DNA of 64,000 nt from the human T2T-CHM13v2.0 reference genome, Homo sapiens (GCF_009914755.1 NC_060948.1); one strand, 5' to 3'. Numbered from the stretch's first letter, positions 1 to 14,219 are shown. Translations and numbers: made by a program. Notes: generated from the sequence alone by a model not told the origin.

Positions 1-529
1 AGGGAGCACAACTTTGTGAACTCTAGACAGCTCCTTCAGGTGGGCTTAGGTAGTGCCTGTGAGGACCGTAGGGCACCTCTGCCATGGTGAGGTCTGTGGA
101 TGTCCAAGGTGTTGATCGGGGTTGCTGGTGTTCTCTTGCTTACCTCCTCACTGTATGAAGAAGTTCCTCTTTGTTCCTAGCTTATCTCAATTTGGGGATG
201 GAGTGGTGAAGGCCTGGCATTTCCTTCCATTCTCTTTGTGGCTGTTCTGTTTCTGTGCTCATCAGGGTTCCTGCTATTCCTCTGAGTTTCTCTGGAACTC
301 TCCTTCAGTTACTCTCATTAAAACGTAGTGTTTTTTTAGTCTTTCTGGCATCTGTGATGGAGACAAGCTCTAGGGGCTTCTAGTCAGCCTTGCTCTTAAT
401 TAATCCAAGAGACAGAAATATTTTTGACTGGGCTTTATGAAAGCTATAACTAGGACTATAATGCGAAATGGACAACTTAAAATTGGAGGGAGAAAAAAAT
501 TCAGTTAGAATAGGTTGAGCTAAAATTTA

Positions 530-735
530 CCATGTGTCAGCAGGCTCTGTACAAAATTGCATTAAGTAACTCCCCTCATTTAATCCTTACAACACCCTAG
601 TGAAGTTAGATATTGTTCTTATTTTTTATATATGGGAACACAAATACTTACACTATAAAATATCTTACCTAATGTCACAGAGCTAGTTAGCTACAGAGTC
701 AGGGGTCTGACTGCAGAGCCCCGCAGTTTACCACC
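530..735 (-). mobile_element. MIR SINE fragment
   Basis: MIR core-like 'ctcatttaatccttacaacaccctagtgaag...cttacctaatgtcacagagctagttag'. Confidence 0.7.
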
Positions 736-849
736 CTAAATTCCTCTGTCACTTAAACTTCAATCCCATCTCACTCCATGCCCTTTTCTTAGAAGGCAGT
801 GGTTTACACAGAACAGATCTGATTTGTTTAGAATATGGAGAATCTTTTA

Positions 850-2810
850 AAAAAATAATTTGTTGAGGTGAAATTAAAATAATGAAATTAACCATTTTAA
901 AGTAGCACTAAGTAGATTCATAATGTCTTACAAACAGCACCTCTATCTTAGTTCTAAAATGTTTTCATCATGCCGAAGTAAAAATACCTTTAAGCCGTTT
1001 TCCCCCATCCCTCTGCAACTGCAATCGCTGGAAACCACCTAGGTGCACTCTTACCTTTTCTGGATATTTCGTATAAATTGAATCATGCAGTATGTGATGT
1101 TTTATCTGCTTTCACTTAGCATGTTTTCTTCACTTAGCATACATTGCAGCAGGTATCCAATACTTCATTCCTTTTCATGGTTGAATAATATTCCGTTCCG
1201 TGAATATACCACATTATGTTTATCCATTCCCCCTGCTGGACTTTTGGGCTGTTTCTACCTTTTGATTATTGTAAATAGTGCTGCTATGAACATGTGTGCA
1301 CATGTACTTATTTATGAGTCCCTATTTTCTTCTTTTTTAATACTTTTATTTTAGGTTTGGGGGTACATGTGAAGGCGTGTTACACAGATAAACTCATGTC
1401 ATGGGAGTGTTTGTTGTACAGATTATTTCATCACCCAGGAATTAAACCCAGTACCCAACAGTTACCTTTTCTGCTCCTCTCTCTCCTCCCACCCTCCTGC
1501 CTGAAGTGCGCCTCAGTGCCTGTTGTTTCCTTCTTTGTATTCACAAGTTCTCATCATTTAGCTCCCACTTATAAGTGAGAACATGCAGTATTTGGTTTTC
1601 TGTTCCTGCACTAGTTTGCTGAGGATAATGGCCTCCAGCTCCATCCACTTCCTGCAAAAGACATGATCTTGTTCTTTCTGTATGGCTACGTAGTATTTGA
1701 TAGTGTATACGTACCACATTTGCTTTATCCAATTTGTCATTGATGGGCATTTAGGTTGATTCCTTGTTTTTGCTATTGTGAATAGTGCTGCAATGAACAT
1801 TTGTGTGCATTTGTCTTTAAGGCAGAATGATTTATATTCCTCTGGGTATATTCCCAGTAATTGGATTGTTGGGTCGAATGGCAGTTCTGCTTTTAGCTGT
1901 TTGAGGGATTGCCGTACCGCTTTTCATAAGGGTTGAATGAATTTACACTCCACCAATGGTGTATAAGGGTTCCCTTTTCTCTGCAACCTCACTAGCATCT
2001 GTTATTTTTTGTTGAGTTCCGATTTTTAATTCTCTGGGGTGTATACACAGCAATGAACTTAAGGGTCGTATGGTAATTGTGTGTTTAATCATTTGAGAGA
2101 TTGCCAAACTGTTTTCCACAGCAGCTGAACCATATTACGTTATAACCAGCAATGTACAAGTTCTGATTTCTCACCAGCACTTGTTAATTTTCCATTTAAA
2201 AAAAGTATAGCTATCCTAGAGGCTGTGAAGTGATACTTTATTGTGGCCTTTATTTGCATTTCCCTACTGACTAATGGTATTGAACATTTGTAAAACATGT
2301 TTGTTTGCCATTTGTATATATTCTTTATAGAAATATCTATTCAGTCCTTTGCTCCTTTTTAAATTGGATTGTTAGGTTTTTTGTAGTTGAGTTGTTAAAA
2401 GTTGTTTATATGTATGTTCTCAATACTAGATCTTTATTAAAATATGATTCACAATTATTTTCACCCATTTTGTAGGCTGGATTTTTACTTTCTTGGTAAT
2501 GTCCTTCCTTTGATGCATAAAATTTTAAAATTTTGACAAAATATAATTTATCTATTTTTGTTTTTCATGCTTTTGGTGTCATATGTAATAATCTATTGCT
2601 GAATCCACTTTGAAGAAGATTTACACCTGTGTTTTCTTCGAAGGGGTACAGTTTTAGCTTTTATATTTAGGTTATTGATTCATCTTGAGTTAACATTTTA
2701 TATAGTATGAAGTAGGGTCTCGACTTTCTTCTTTTGCATTTGGATATTCAGTTGTCCCAGCATCATTAAAGACAATTCTTTCCCCCACTGAAAGGTCTTG
2801 GTACCTTTTT
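850..2810 (-). mobile_element. Old L1 (L1MB-like) 3' region, split by a younger L1PA 3' end
   Basis: Antisense L1 3'UTR/ORF2 motifs ('gtaaatagtgctgctatgaacat', 'ttgccaaactgttttccacagcagctg'); sequence resumes colinearly after ~2013. Confidence 0.8.
1329..2012 (-). mobile_element. L1PA (older primate, approx. L1PA13-16) 3' fragment nested in the L1MB
   Basis: ORF 1558..1800 encodes the L1 ORF2 C-terminus (MFIAALFTIAKT...WMELEAIILSKL); degenerate TSD tgagtccctatttt (1315-1328) / tgagttccgatttt (2013-2026). Confidence 0.85.
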
Positions 2811-3184
2811 GTTTGTTGAATAGTGATTGAAATCACTTTAGCTTAATCCAAACAATCAGTGAGACAAGGAAGTGCTGGGACTCTGCCCCATGTTTTCTTG
2901 ATATGTCTGTCATCCATGCAGGTTCTTCTCAAGGTTCAAAGAAGAACCCAAGTTCTTCTTTGAACCCAAGGTTCAAAGCCCCATCCCAAGTGTCCTCCTC
3001 TCCACTGGCTGCTTCTCCTATTAGTAACAGACTCTAAAGTTGAGGAAGTCACCAGATTCTTCTCCCTAGTCCAGACCCACAAGATGGTTCCTTGTTGTTA
3101 GCAAGGATACCAACTGGATGCCATGGGTCTCATTCAGGCCCATTCACAGCCTTGTTGGTTTCACTATTTTTTCCTTCCTCCTTT

Positions 3185-3770
3185 TAATTTTAACAGGTTC
3201 ATTGCAATATAATTACTGTACATAAACTGCACATATTAAAATTGTACACCTTGCTGAGTTTTGACATATGTATACAACTGTGAAACCATCACAACAGTGA
3301 AGATAAGAAACATTCCCATCATCTCATTGTAATTCATTCCCCAACCCACCCTCAACTAATAATCTGTTTTCTGTCACTATGAATTACTTCAAGCTTTCTA
3401 GAAGTTTATATAAATGGAATCATACAGTATATACCCTTTAGTCTGTGAATTCTCTCATTTCTCATAATGATTTTTAGATTCGTCTGTGTTGTTGCATGTA
3501 TCAATAGTTTCTTCCTTTTTATTGCTGAGTAGTATTTCATAATAAAGATTTTACACAATTTGTGTATCCGTTCTTATACTGATGGTCATTTGGGCTATTT
3601 CACGTTTGGGGCTATTGCAAACAAAGGTGCTACTAACATTAGTGTGTAAGTCTTTGTGTAGATGTATGCTTTTATTTCTTTTGGGCAAAGACCCAGGAAT
3701 TGAACAGCAAGGTCCTATGTTAGGTGCATTTTAAGTTTTTAAAGAAATTTCCACGCATTTTCTGGAAACA
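3185..3770 (-). mobile_element. Old L1M (L1MC/ME-like) 3' end
   Basis: 'ataaatggaatcatacagtat', 'attgctgagtagtatttcat' antisense L1M 3' motifs. Confidence 0.75.
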
Positions 3771-3864
3771 CACAAGAATAAATTAACATATTCTTATCTC
3801 TTGTCATCTTTGTGCTACTATAATATTTGGAGGTTCTTTTAAAAATAAATGTGTACATCTTTGT

Positions 3865-3978
3865 CTCCTATGCCTTTGATTGCCTGGAGCAGATTTGTTT
3901 GTTCTTTTTTGCACCTTCAATTCCTAAGACAGTCCTTTGCATAAAAGGATGGTTAATCAGCTTTGGATGAACGAATGT
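3865..3978 (+). mobile_element. L2 3' end fragment
   Basis: L2-like terminus ending 'ggatgaacgaatg'. Confidence 0.5.
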
Positions 3979-4354
3979 CAGATAATGGCTTATCTGAACC
4001 AAAATGAATGAGAGGGCAAAATTGGAGAGGATGAGAGGAGTAGAATAGGTAAATAAATAAAATAACACTGTCTTTTAAAATTATGCACATAATTCATGAT
4101 GGAAAAAGATCCAAAAATAAAGAGTAGCTTAAAGAAGAAAATAAAAATCATCCATGATCCTTCATAGTCACTCTTTAAAAAATTATTTTGTTGTTTTATT
4201 TTCTCCCCAATATTCTCTTAAAGTTAAGGCCACTAGTTCTCAACTCTTCCTACACATCAGACTACTCAGGAAGCTCTTTTAAATAGGTCCAATGTCTGGA
4301 TTCCATTAGAGATTCTAATTTTAATTGGTCTGAGGTGGAATCTGGGTGTCAATA

Positions 4355-5345
<991 letters not shown>

Positions 5346-6884
5346 GGTCATTAGCAGTTTCTAAAAGCTCCCCTAGAAATGTGTACTTCTCTGTATATAA
5401 TACATAGTAAAAAGTGAAGAAAAAATAACTCTCGAAATGATTGTAATGTGCAGTCAATATTGAGAACCACTGAGAACCACTGAGCAAGACTAGACCGACA
5501 AGTCCCAAGTATTTAAATAATGACATATTTTCATTTGTGCGTTATTTTTTTCTTACCCATTCATTTATTCAAAAATAACTATACTAGCTCTATACTAAGT
5601 GTTGGCAACATAGAGATCTACAACAATATTTTTCTGCCCTCAAGAAGCTGACAAATTTCTTTTTTCTCTTAAGAAAACAAAATTTCACCTGTGTGACCAC
5701 AGTCATTTCAGACAATTTAGTTTTTAATTGGTCTTTCTCAGTATTGTGCAGCCCAGGCCTTGAGTCGATCTTGATGAGGGGGAAAAAGTAACGGGATCAT
5801 TCATGGTATTTGAGATGTTGCTTTCTTGATTTTACTCTTTTCCTTCCCTGCTTCCTGTCTCCCGTATTTGCTTTCATACATAATTCAGCTTTGGGAACAG
5901 TGTCTTTAAATGAAGTCACCACATGAGCCATAACAATATAAATAAAACAAAAATACTTTGCCTCTGGAATTGGCACTTTGGTGACTGCACTCCATAGAGG
6001 CTATGGCTGATTTCTAATTTTTGTATTTTATTTTTCTCCTTTGTTTCTTTGATATAGGAAATCTTCAGTAAAAAGCATATTCTAATAAAAATAAGACTAA
6101 CTAGTGTAACATTATAAAATCCTCTCCAGAAGCCTATTAAATAAGTATAGTAGATGGGTAAAAAATAATATGGCCCATAAACCCTACAAAACTCACAAGT
6201 AAAATTATGTAATCAAATTGTAAAATATTCTCTTATTTGCTATTAAATGTACACTATAAAAAAGACTTTGAAATTGTACAATAATGTTTACCTCCTTGGA
6301 ATTGTTAGAAATAAGTACATAATACTTAATTTCTGTGCAGAATTTTTTTAATATTCTAAGAATTGTTAAGGTCAGTGTGAGAAGTGTTAACATTGGCTGC
6401 CACTTGCTTACAAAAGAGGTTCTACATACAGCAACTGATAGGAGATTCCATTTTCCTTTTTACTGGGGCTTTAGTGATTTCAGAGACTCCAACATTCTTG
6501 TGAAAAATTGACTATAGAAGTCCAATAATGAGTAGAAAGTTATTTGTCTAGCTGTCGGTTTAAAGAAATTTCATCCCCAACATAGGTGGCTTTCCATCAA
6601 GAAAATATTTTCCAGCACAATCTCAAGCCAATTTAATCCCTTGATTGTATTCTGTACCATGCAGCAAAGCCAGTTTCCATGTTTGCTGTGTTTAATTTTA
6701 TTTCACTGAACTTTCTTTTCACTGCAATTCTTTCCTTATTTTCATTGTTTTTACACAAATTAGATTCATTGATCAGTTTTTTTGTATCACATTAATTTTT
6801 CCTTATTTAGTTTCAACCACTGCAATTTTTGCTTTTGTTTTCCAAATCCAAATCTCTCTGACATCAAATTTTGCAAGTCTAAAT

Positions 6885-7240
6885 GTAAAGAAAATGTCTT
6901 TTGCAGCAACTTGGGTGTAACTGGAGGCCATTATTCCAAATGAAGTAACTTAAGAATGGAGATGCAGAAACCATGTGTTCTCAGTTATAAGTGAGAGCTA
7001 AGCTATAAGGACACAAAGACATTCAGAGTTATACAATGGACATCAGAGAATCAAAAGGGGGAGAAGGTGGGTGAGGCATGAGGGCTAAAAGCTGCATATT
7101 GGGTACGATATACACTACTCAGGTGATGGGTGCACTAAAATTTCAGACTTCACCACTATACAATTCATCCATGTAACAAAAAACCACGTGCACCCCTAAA
7201 GCTATCGAAATAAAAAATAAAAACAAAAACAAAAAATAAA
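6885..7240 (+). mobile_element. L1PB-type 3' end with A-rich tail
   Basis: 'ttttgcagcaacttggg...ctggaggccattatt' through 'cagacttcaccactatacaattcatccatgtaac', then tail. Confidence 0.85.
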
Positions 7241-8080
7241 ATTTGAATGCATTTTATCAAAAGGATGCGAGCCTTCTTTCCATTTTTAATCAATAGCATT
7301 GTTGCCATGTGTGGTATCATCTGTTGTCAGTTTTATTTTATGCTGATTATTTCTACCAGCCGTAACAATTGGGAAATAGGCAAAAAGTTGGTTGTATTTA
7401 TTTCCTAGATAATCAATAACAAACTTCAGAGCAATCTAATGAGACAGAGTTATAGGTGCACAGAAGAAGAAGAAAAGCTACAGTTGTGTGGAGCATGGAT
7501 GGCTAAACTCCTGGTTAACTCGATGGGGTCAAAAGGACAAATGTGGGGCAGAGTTCAGATCTTTTGACAGGGTCAACGGATCTGGCATCAGTCCCTGGCT
7601 GCTCTCTTCTAAGTTTTCAGTCGTGCTCTTCTCCATTCCTCACCAGACCCCTGGCCTCTTTGGAGCTGCCTGGACAGGAGCTCTCCTGGCCTCTGGCAAA
7701 CTCCTGGCTGGGTTGCGGATGGAAATTCCTGGTACCCTTAGTTGAGTTCATACAAGCTGAACGTTTTCAAAAGGAACTAATTTTACTTGAGCCAACTAAA
7801 CAAAACTGAAATACACACAGAAAATACAAAAGCACAGAAATAGATGAGGGTTCCATGCCATGGGCATTTTAATCATGTGTATCAAGAACCTTTATAGAGT
7901 TCATGTCTGGCCCAGCCAATCCACTTCTAGGAAGTTATCTCAAGGTGATGTACTGGATATGAGTTGAAAGATGTGTATACGACGTATTTATCAACAAAAA
8001 TTGGAACAAGGTAAATATGTTCTGATAGAGGAATAATTCAAATAGAGTATTTTCATACCATTTAATACTCAGCTACGAAG

Positions 8081-8317
8081 CAGGGCTGGTAAACTTTTCT
8101 GGAAAAGAATAGATAGTAAGTATTGTAGATTTGTGGGCCATATGGTGTCTGTCAGAAATAATCGATTCTGCTATTGTAGCACAGCAATGGGCATAGATAG
8201 TACATAAAGGAATCAGCACATTCATGTTCCAATAAAACTTTGTTAATTTACCAAAAAAAAAAAAAAACACAAAACCCAGGTGGAATTGGCTTATGAGCCT
8301 TAATTTGCAGACCCCTG
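8081..8317. mobile_element. MER58A hAT-Charlie MITE inserted in an old L1ME fragment (~7870-8610)
   Basis: Terminal inverted repeats cagggctggtaaac / tttgcagacccctg; internal 'gttccaataaaactt'. Confidence 0.8.
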
Positions 8318-8446
8318 GTTTACAGAGATGATATGGATTTGTATTTACTGACAAAGAGAGCTGATTATAATATACTATTGGGCAAAAACAAAAGCAGATA
8401 CTAGTATAGCATTTATGGTATGATGTCACTTATGCAAAATGAAGAT

Positions 8447-8448
<2 letters not shown>

Positions 8449-8488
<40 letters not shown>
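8449..8488. repeat. (TA)n microsatellite
   Basis: About 20 perfect TA units. Confidence 0.98.
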
Positions 8489-8491
<3 letters not shown>

Positions 8492-8799
8492 TAGAGAAGT
8501 GTCTAGAAGGATGTTCAGCAAATACTAATGAAGATATTATCACTAGGTTGAAGAATTTGAGATGATTTTTTTCCTTTATTTGTTTTCACATTTTTTCATT
8601 ACTAGAAAAAATATTTTTATTTAATAATTCATACTCTTTGACAGAGTACTTCCACGGTTGTTGTTGGGGTTGCCGCACAGCTGTGAAGCCTGTGCAGTTG
8701 CACACTTCCAGGAGATGCCATCACATGGACTACAATGTGAAGGATTCCCCCAGAGTTGTGTGGCGAGGCAGTCTTCCCACCTCCCATTCTCTGTTCAGC

Positions 8800-8960
8800 T
8801 CTGTCCAATTAATTCAGCAAGCATTTGTTTGTCATCTACTACACTAGACATTGTTCTAGACAGAAATATCGGGAAACAAAGCATACAAAAATGTTTGCCC
8901 TTGTAGTGCTTTATGTTCTAGTGAAGGAGAAAGATGATAAGGAGAATAAAGAGTGACACA
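8800..8960 (-). mobile_element. L2 3' fragment
   Basis: 'attcagcaagcatttg...ctagacattgttctagac...gcccttgtagtgctttatgttctagtg'. Confidence 0.65.
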
Positions 8961-10136
8961 TATGCAAGCTTCCTGGAGGTCAAGTAGCCCAGTTTTTGGC
9001 AGAGGGAATAGCCAGTGGGAAGAAGGCAGGCAGGGCAAATATTTACAACCCTCGTTTTACAGAAGAGAACATTGGAACTTAGGGAGGTTTAAGGGATGGC
9101 TGAGGGTCAGAACGTGGTCAGCACCAGAAGCAAGGCCTTTCAATTGCAAGGTCAGGGTTCCTTCCACACTGGGACAAGAGGCAGCACCTGCAAGATAAGG
9201 TAGAGGTGAATGAACCTAGGTGGCTTTAGTTAGATTCTGCAGACTTTTATGACAGGCCAATGCATATAAATGATAATAGCTGACATCACATTAAGAAAAA
9301 GATGCAGCATCTCATGAGATCTACTACATGCTCCTGATTAGGAAAAGGAATGTTGAAAAATAGCACTGAGTTTATAAAAATAGCGTTTAGGGTGTAATTC
9401 TCATTTTTTTAGTACATGAATGCTTAAGAAAGATGTTCATCAAATGTTAGCAATGCTTATTACTTGATGGTAGGATTTCAAAGAGTTTTAAATTTTCTTC
9501 TTTATTCTTTTCTGAATTGTTTGAGTTTTTTGCAATGAGAGTGTGAAAACAGAAGAAATAAAAAAGTTTGATGTTAGAAAGATACCATTAAGCTAACATT
9601 TACACACTCTGTGCTGTTCCACAGCACCTGTAGTACCACTATTTCTTTGTAAATTCTTCCAGGGCAGAGACTGTGTTTTATTCATTCTTCTTTGCCCAGC
9701 ATGTGGAACCTCCTACAAAACAAGCATTCAACAGGGTTTGTGGAACAAATGCAAAGTGCATTTGCGAACTGCAGCTTATATAATCTACAATAGACACCTA
9801 GGGGGGCTCAGGAATGACACGAACAGTTTCCAGCCGAAGGGAATTTCATTTTCTTTTCTAGTTGGAGTTTCCATGGCACCCAGAAGACCAGGGATCCTGG
9901 TAAGAAAGTTTTAAAACGCTGAAGTGGTAAGTTTGTAAATTTGTGATACCTGGTGTCAAGTCCTACTTCAGGAATCTACAAAAATTGGGCCTTTTGAATA
10001 GAAGTGTTTTAGTGAATAATGAGTGATGTGGCAACTTATTCTGATAATATTTCAATCTAGCTTTTTGCTTTTAATGGTAGTTGCCATTTCTATTGGGCTG
10101 CATCATTCCCAGGAAAGCCTTCTTTTAAAATCAGTA

Positions 10137-10495
10137 CAGGATGTGTGCATCCTAATACAAAAATCCCAAATCCAGAAATGCCCCTGAATCTGAAAGTTTT
10201 TCAGTGCTAATATGAGATAGTGAAACCTTTGCTTTCAGATGGTTCAGTGTACAAAAACATTGTTTCATAGACAAAATTATTTAAGGTGTTGTATAAAATT
10301 ACTTTCAGACTATGTGCCTAAGGTATATATGAAACATAAATGAATTCCATGTTTAGATTTGGGTCTCACTCCCAGATATCTCATTATATATATGCAAATA
10401 TTCCAAAATCAAAATCAAAAACAAACAAACAAAAAAACCGCCAAATCCGAAACACTTCTGGTTTCAAGCATTTTGGAGAAGGGATTTTCAGCCTC
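10137..10495 (+). mobile_element. Tigger4b/MER46-type DNA transposon
   Basis: 'aaatccgaaacacttctggtttcaagcatttt' and 'atatgaaacataaatgaattccatgtttaga' match the Tigger4 consensus as I recall it. Confidence 0.85.
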
Positions 10496-11093
10496 TCCCT
10501 AGAGATTAATTTGTTTGATGTGGTCAATTGCCTGATTATTCAAACTCCTCAAAAAGTGCAGGTCTTTCCTCCATACCACCTGTTTAGGTTTTGAATAGTT
10601 TAGAAAAAAAAATAAGTGACTGTCTTTAAGTCATTGATTAAAAGTTAATAGCCTTAAAATGTTTCCATTCCTATTTTATTACAAAGTATTGCTCGAAACA
10701 AGTTTTAATAGTGAGAAGGAAAGTTGTCACCCATAGGTTTAGGCACAATTTTTCAGTCTCCTTTACTCACTTAGCATTAGACTAGAAACACTTTCCCAAT
10801 GATTTTTTGAATACTTGTGTAGCATTTGAACTTGTAGATGACCACACTGTACAAAACCATTGCAGAATTAGCATACATTCATATTAGTGTTAGTTTTTTA
10901 GTGATTTTTAATTGAACAGGGAAATTTTACATATTTGGCTCTATTCTGTAACTACAAGCAAAATTCTAACTGACTTTTCCCTCTTTCAGATTCTTAATTA
11001 TTAAACTCATCTGACCATTTTTATTTTTATTTATTTAATTGACAAAGAGCGTATATACTCAAGGTGTACAATGCAATTATTTGATATGCCTAA

Positions 11094-11128
11094 ATTAGGT
11101 TGGTGCAATTAGTTTGCACCAACCTAAT
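11094..11128. mobile_element. Internally deleted MADE1 (Hsmar1-derived MITE)
   Basis: attaggttggtgcaa-ttagt-ttgcaccaacctaat: Hsmar1/MADE1 terminal repeat ends forming a 15-bp perfect palindrome. Confidence 0.85.
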
Positions 11129-11336
11129 ACATTGTATAATTACTACAATCAAATTAATTAATACATACATTATCACCCATGCTATACATTAGATTCTCAG
11201 AAATTGCTCATCTTATAACTGAAAGTTTGTCCCCTTTGGTCAAAATCTACCCATTTCCCCCACCGCCATTCCCTGGCAACTGCCATGGTACTCTATGTTT
11301 TGATGAGTTCAACTCTCTTATATTCTGCATATAATA

Positions 11337-11820
11337 CACTGTTGACCCTTGAACAGCGTGGAGTTTGAGCACTGACCCCTGCATAGTCGGAAATCAGCAT
11401 ATAACTTTTTCTTAAGGCATGGGGTCTCACTATGTTTCCCAGACTGGGCCTTGAATTACCTTGGCCTTAAAACTTGATTCTCCAAAAGCTTAACTACTAA
11501 TAGCCTACTATTGACCAATAGCCTTACCAATAACGTAAACACTTGATTAACATGTATTTTGTATATGTATTATATACTGTATTTGTACGCTAAAGTAAAC
11601 TATAGAAAAGATGGTGTTATTAAGAAAATCATAAGGAAAAGAAAATATATTTACTATTCCTTAAGTCAAAGCGGAGAGGTCTTCATACTCCTTGTGTTCC
11701 TATTGGGTAGACTGAGGAAGAGAAGGAAGAGGAGGATTGGTCTTGCTGTCTCAGATGTGACAGAAACAGAAGAAAATTCACATATAAGTGGACCTGTACC
11801 ATTCAAACTCATGATGTTCT
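11337..11820 (-). mobile_element. Tigger2a (MER28-related) DNA transposon containing a short Alu/FLAM fragment (~11405-11465)
   Basis: TIR 'ctgttgacccttgaaca'; internal 'cttaactactaatagcctact' and 'ataagtggacctgtaccattcaaactc'. Confidence 0.85.
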
Positions 11821-12291
11821 ATTAGTCTATGTGTTTGTTTTTATGCCAGTACCATACTCTTTAGATTAACATAGCTTTGTAACATAGTTTGAAATCAGGA
11901 AATGTGATGCCTCCAGCTTCGCTCTTCTTTCTCAAGATTGCTTTGGTCAGGTTTTTTTGTGGTTCCATATGAATCTTAGAATTATTTTTTCTCTATCTGT
12001 GAAGAATGCTGCCATTGGAATTTTGATAGAGTTTGCAATGAACCTATAGATCACCTTGGGTAGTATGGATATTTTAATAATATTAATTCTGATACATGAA
12101 CATGTGATGTCTTTCTTTTTATTTGTGTCATCTTCAATTTATTTTCTCAGTGTTTTATATGCTGATATTTAAACTTCTTGGTTAAATGTATTCCTAAGTA
12201 ATTTTATTGTGCTTGTTGCTATTGTAAGTAGGATTGTTTTCTTTCTTTCTTTTTCAGATAATTTGTTGGTGCTGTATAGAAGTGCAATTCA

Positions 12292-12571
12292 TTGTTCAAT
12301 TCCCACCAGTGATTGAGAACGTGCGGTGTTTGGTTTTTTGTCCTTGCGATAGTTTGCTGAGAATGATGGTTTCCAGCTTCATCCATGTCTCTACAAAGGA
12401 CATGAACTCATCATTTTTTATGGCAGCATAGTATTCCATGGTGTATATGTGCCACATTTTCTTAATCCAGTCTATCATTGTTGGAGTTAATGGGTGCAGC
12501 ACACCAACATGGCACATGTATACATATGTAACAAACCTGCACGTTGTGCACATGTACCCTAAAACTTAAAG

Positions 12572-12618
<47 letters not shown>

Positions 12619-12619
12619 A
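12292..12619 (+). mobile_element. Young L1PA (approx. L1PA2-4) 5'-truncated, 5'-inverted insertion
   Basis: 12292-12485 antisense ORF2 C-terminus/3'UTR; 12484-12575 sense 3' end 'cctaaaacttaaagtataat' plus (AAT)n tail; TSD agaagtgcaattca (12278-12291) / agaattgcaattca (12620-12633). Confidence 0.92.
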
Positions 12620-13329
12620 AGAATTGCAATTCAATTTTAATGTTGATTTTGGTATTCTGGAACTTTACTGAATTCTCTTTTTAGGTCTAACAGTTTTTTG
12701 GTGGAGTTTCTGTATACAAGGTCATGTCATCTACGGAGACAATTTTGCTTCTTCCTTTCTGATTTGGATATTTTTTATTTCTTTTTCTTGCCTAACTGCT
12801 CTAGGTAGCACTTGTGGTACTATGCACAATAGAAGTGGTGAGTGTGGGCACCCTTGTTCCTGATCATAGAAGAAAAGCTTTCTGCTTTTTACCATTGGGT
12901 ATGATGTTGGCTGTGGGCTTGTCCAATATGGCATTTATTCTGTTGAGGAACATTCCTTGCATACCTAATTTGGTGAGAGTTTTAACAGCATTTTGAAGTA
13001 TAAGTGACATAAAATAAACAGCATATGTATCTAGTGTACAATTTGATAAGTTTTGACATACGTATATACCCATGAAGCCGATCAATATAGTGAACATAAA
13101 CATCATCCCAAAAGGTATCCTTGTGCTCCTTTGTAATCTCTCCTTCCTGTCTCTCTCCATGTACCCTCTTCTCAGGCAACCACTGATCTCCTTTCTGTCA
13201 TACAGATTGGTTTTAATTGTCTAGAGGCATATACCAATGTAATAATACAATAAGTAGTTTATTTTGGTGTGGCTTCTTTTATTCAGCATAATTACTTTAA
13301 CATTCATTCATATTGTTGTATGTATCCAT

Positions 13330-13364
<35 letters not shown>

Positions 13365-14219
13365 AATAGTATTTCATTGTATGAATACACCAACATTTCT
13401 TTATCTAGTTACCTGTTATGGACATTTGGGTTGTTTTCAGTGTGAGACTTTTACAAATAAAGCTGCTATAAACATTTATATATGAGTCACTTTATGATAC
13501 GCTTTTAGTTCTCTTGGATATACAAGTGCTGGATCACATAGCAGGAATACGTCTGACTTTTTAAGAAACTGCAGGTTTTCCATTTTTCGTTTCCAACAGT
13601 ATATCAGTTCTAATTCCTCCACCTCCTTGACAACATTTGGTATTGTCAATCTTTTTAAATTTAGCTATTGTGGTAGGCATATAATGCTTTTAACTTGTAT
13701 TTTCCTAACTACTAATGATTTTGAACATCTTTTCATATGCTTATTTCCCATCCCTGTATCTTCTTTGTGGAAGTATCTGTTCAAGTATTTTGCCCATTGT
13801 TTTATTGTTTTTCTAACTCGATTTTGAGAGTACTTTATACATTCTGGATGAAGGTTGTTATCAGACATATTCTGTGCAAATATTTTCTCCCAGTCTGGCT
13901 TGTTTTCTCATTCTCTTAGTAGCATCATCTGAAGAACAGAAGTTTTGAATTTTGATGAAATCCAGTTTATCAGTTTGTTCTTTTATGGATCATGCTTTTG
14001 GTGTTACAGCTAAGAAATCTTTGCCCAGTGCAAAGTCACAAAGATTTTCTTTTAGAAATGTTATCGTTTTTGGTTTCTAACTTAGGCCTGTGACCCATTT
14101 TTCAGTTCATTTCTAGGTATAGTGTGAAGTATGGATTTTGCATATGGTAACCAATTATTCTAGCACCATTTGTTGAAAAGACTGTCCTTTCTCCACTTAA
14201 TTACATTTGCACATTTGTA

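Larger units (their letters stand above)
11020..12975 (-). mobile_element. L1MA-type element (3' end and ORF2 fragments), multiply interrupted
   Basis: Antisense 3' end at 11020; ORFs 12731..12934 and 12864..13160 give ORF2-like peptides (RQEKEIKNIQIRKEEAKLS; DKPTANII). Confidence 0.8.

Noticed and set aside
6250-7480. AT-rich segment that might be a decayed hAT transposase remnant
   Set aside because: No TIR or convincing peptide motif found by eye; needs an HMM search.
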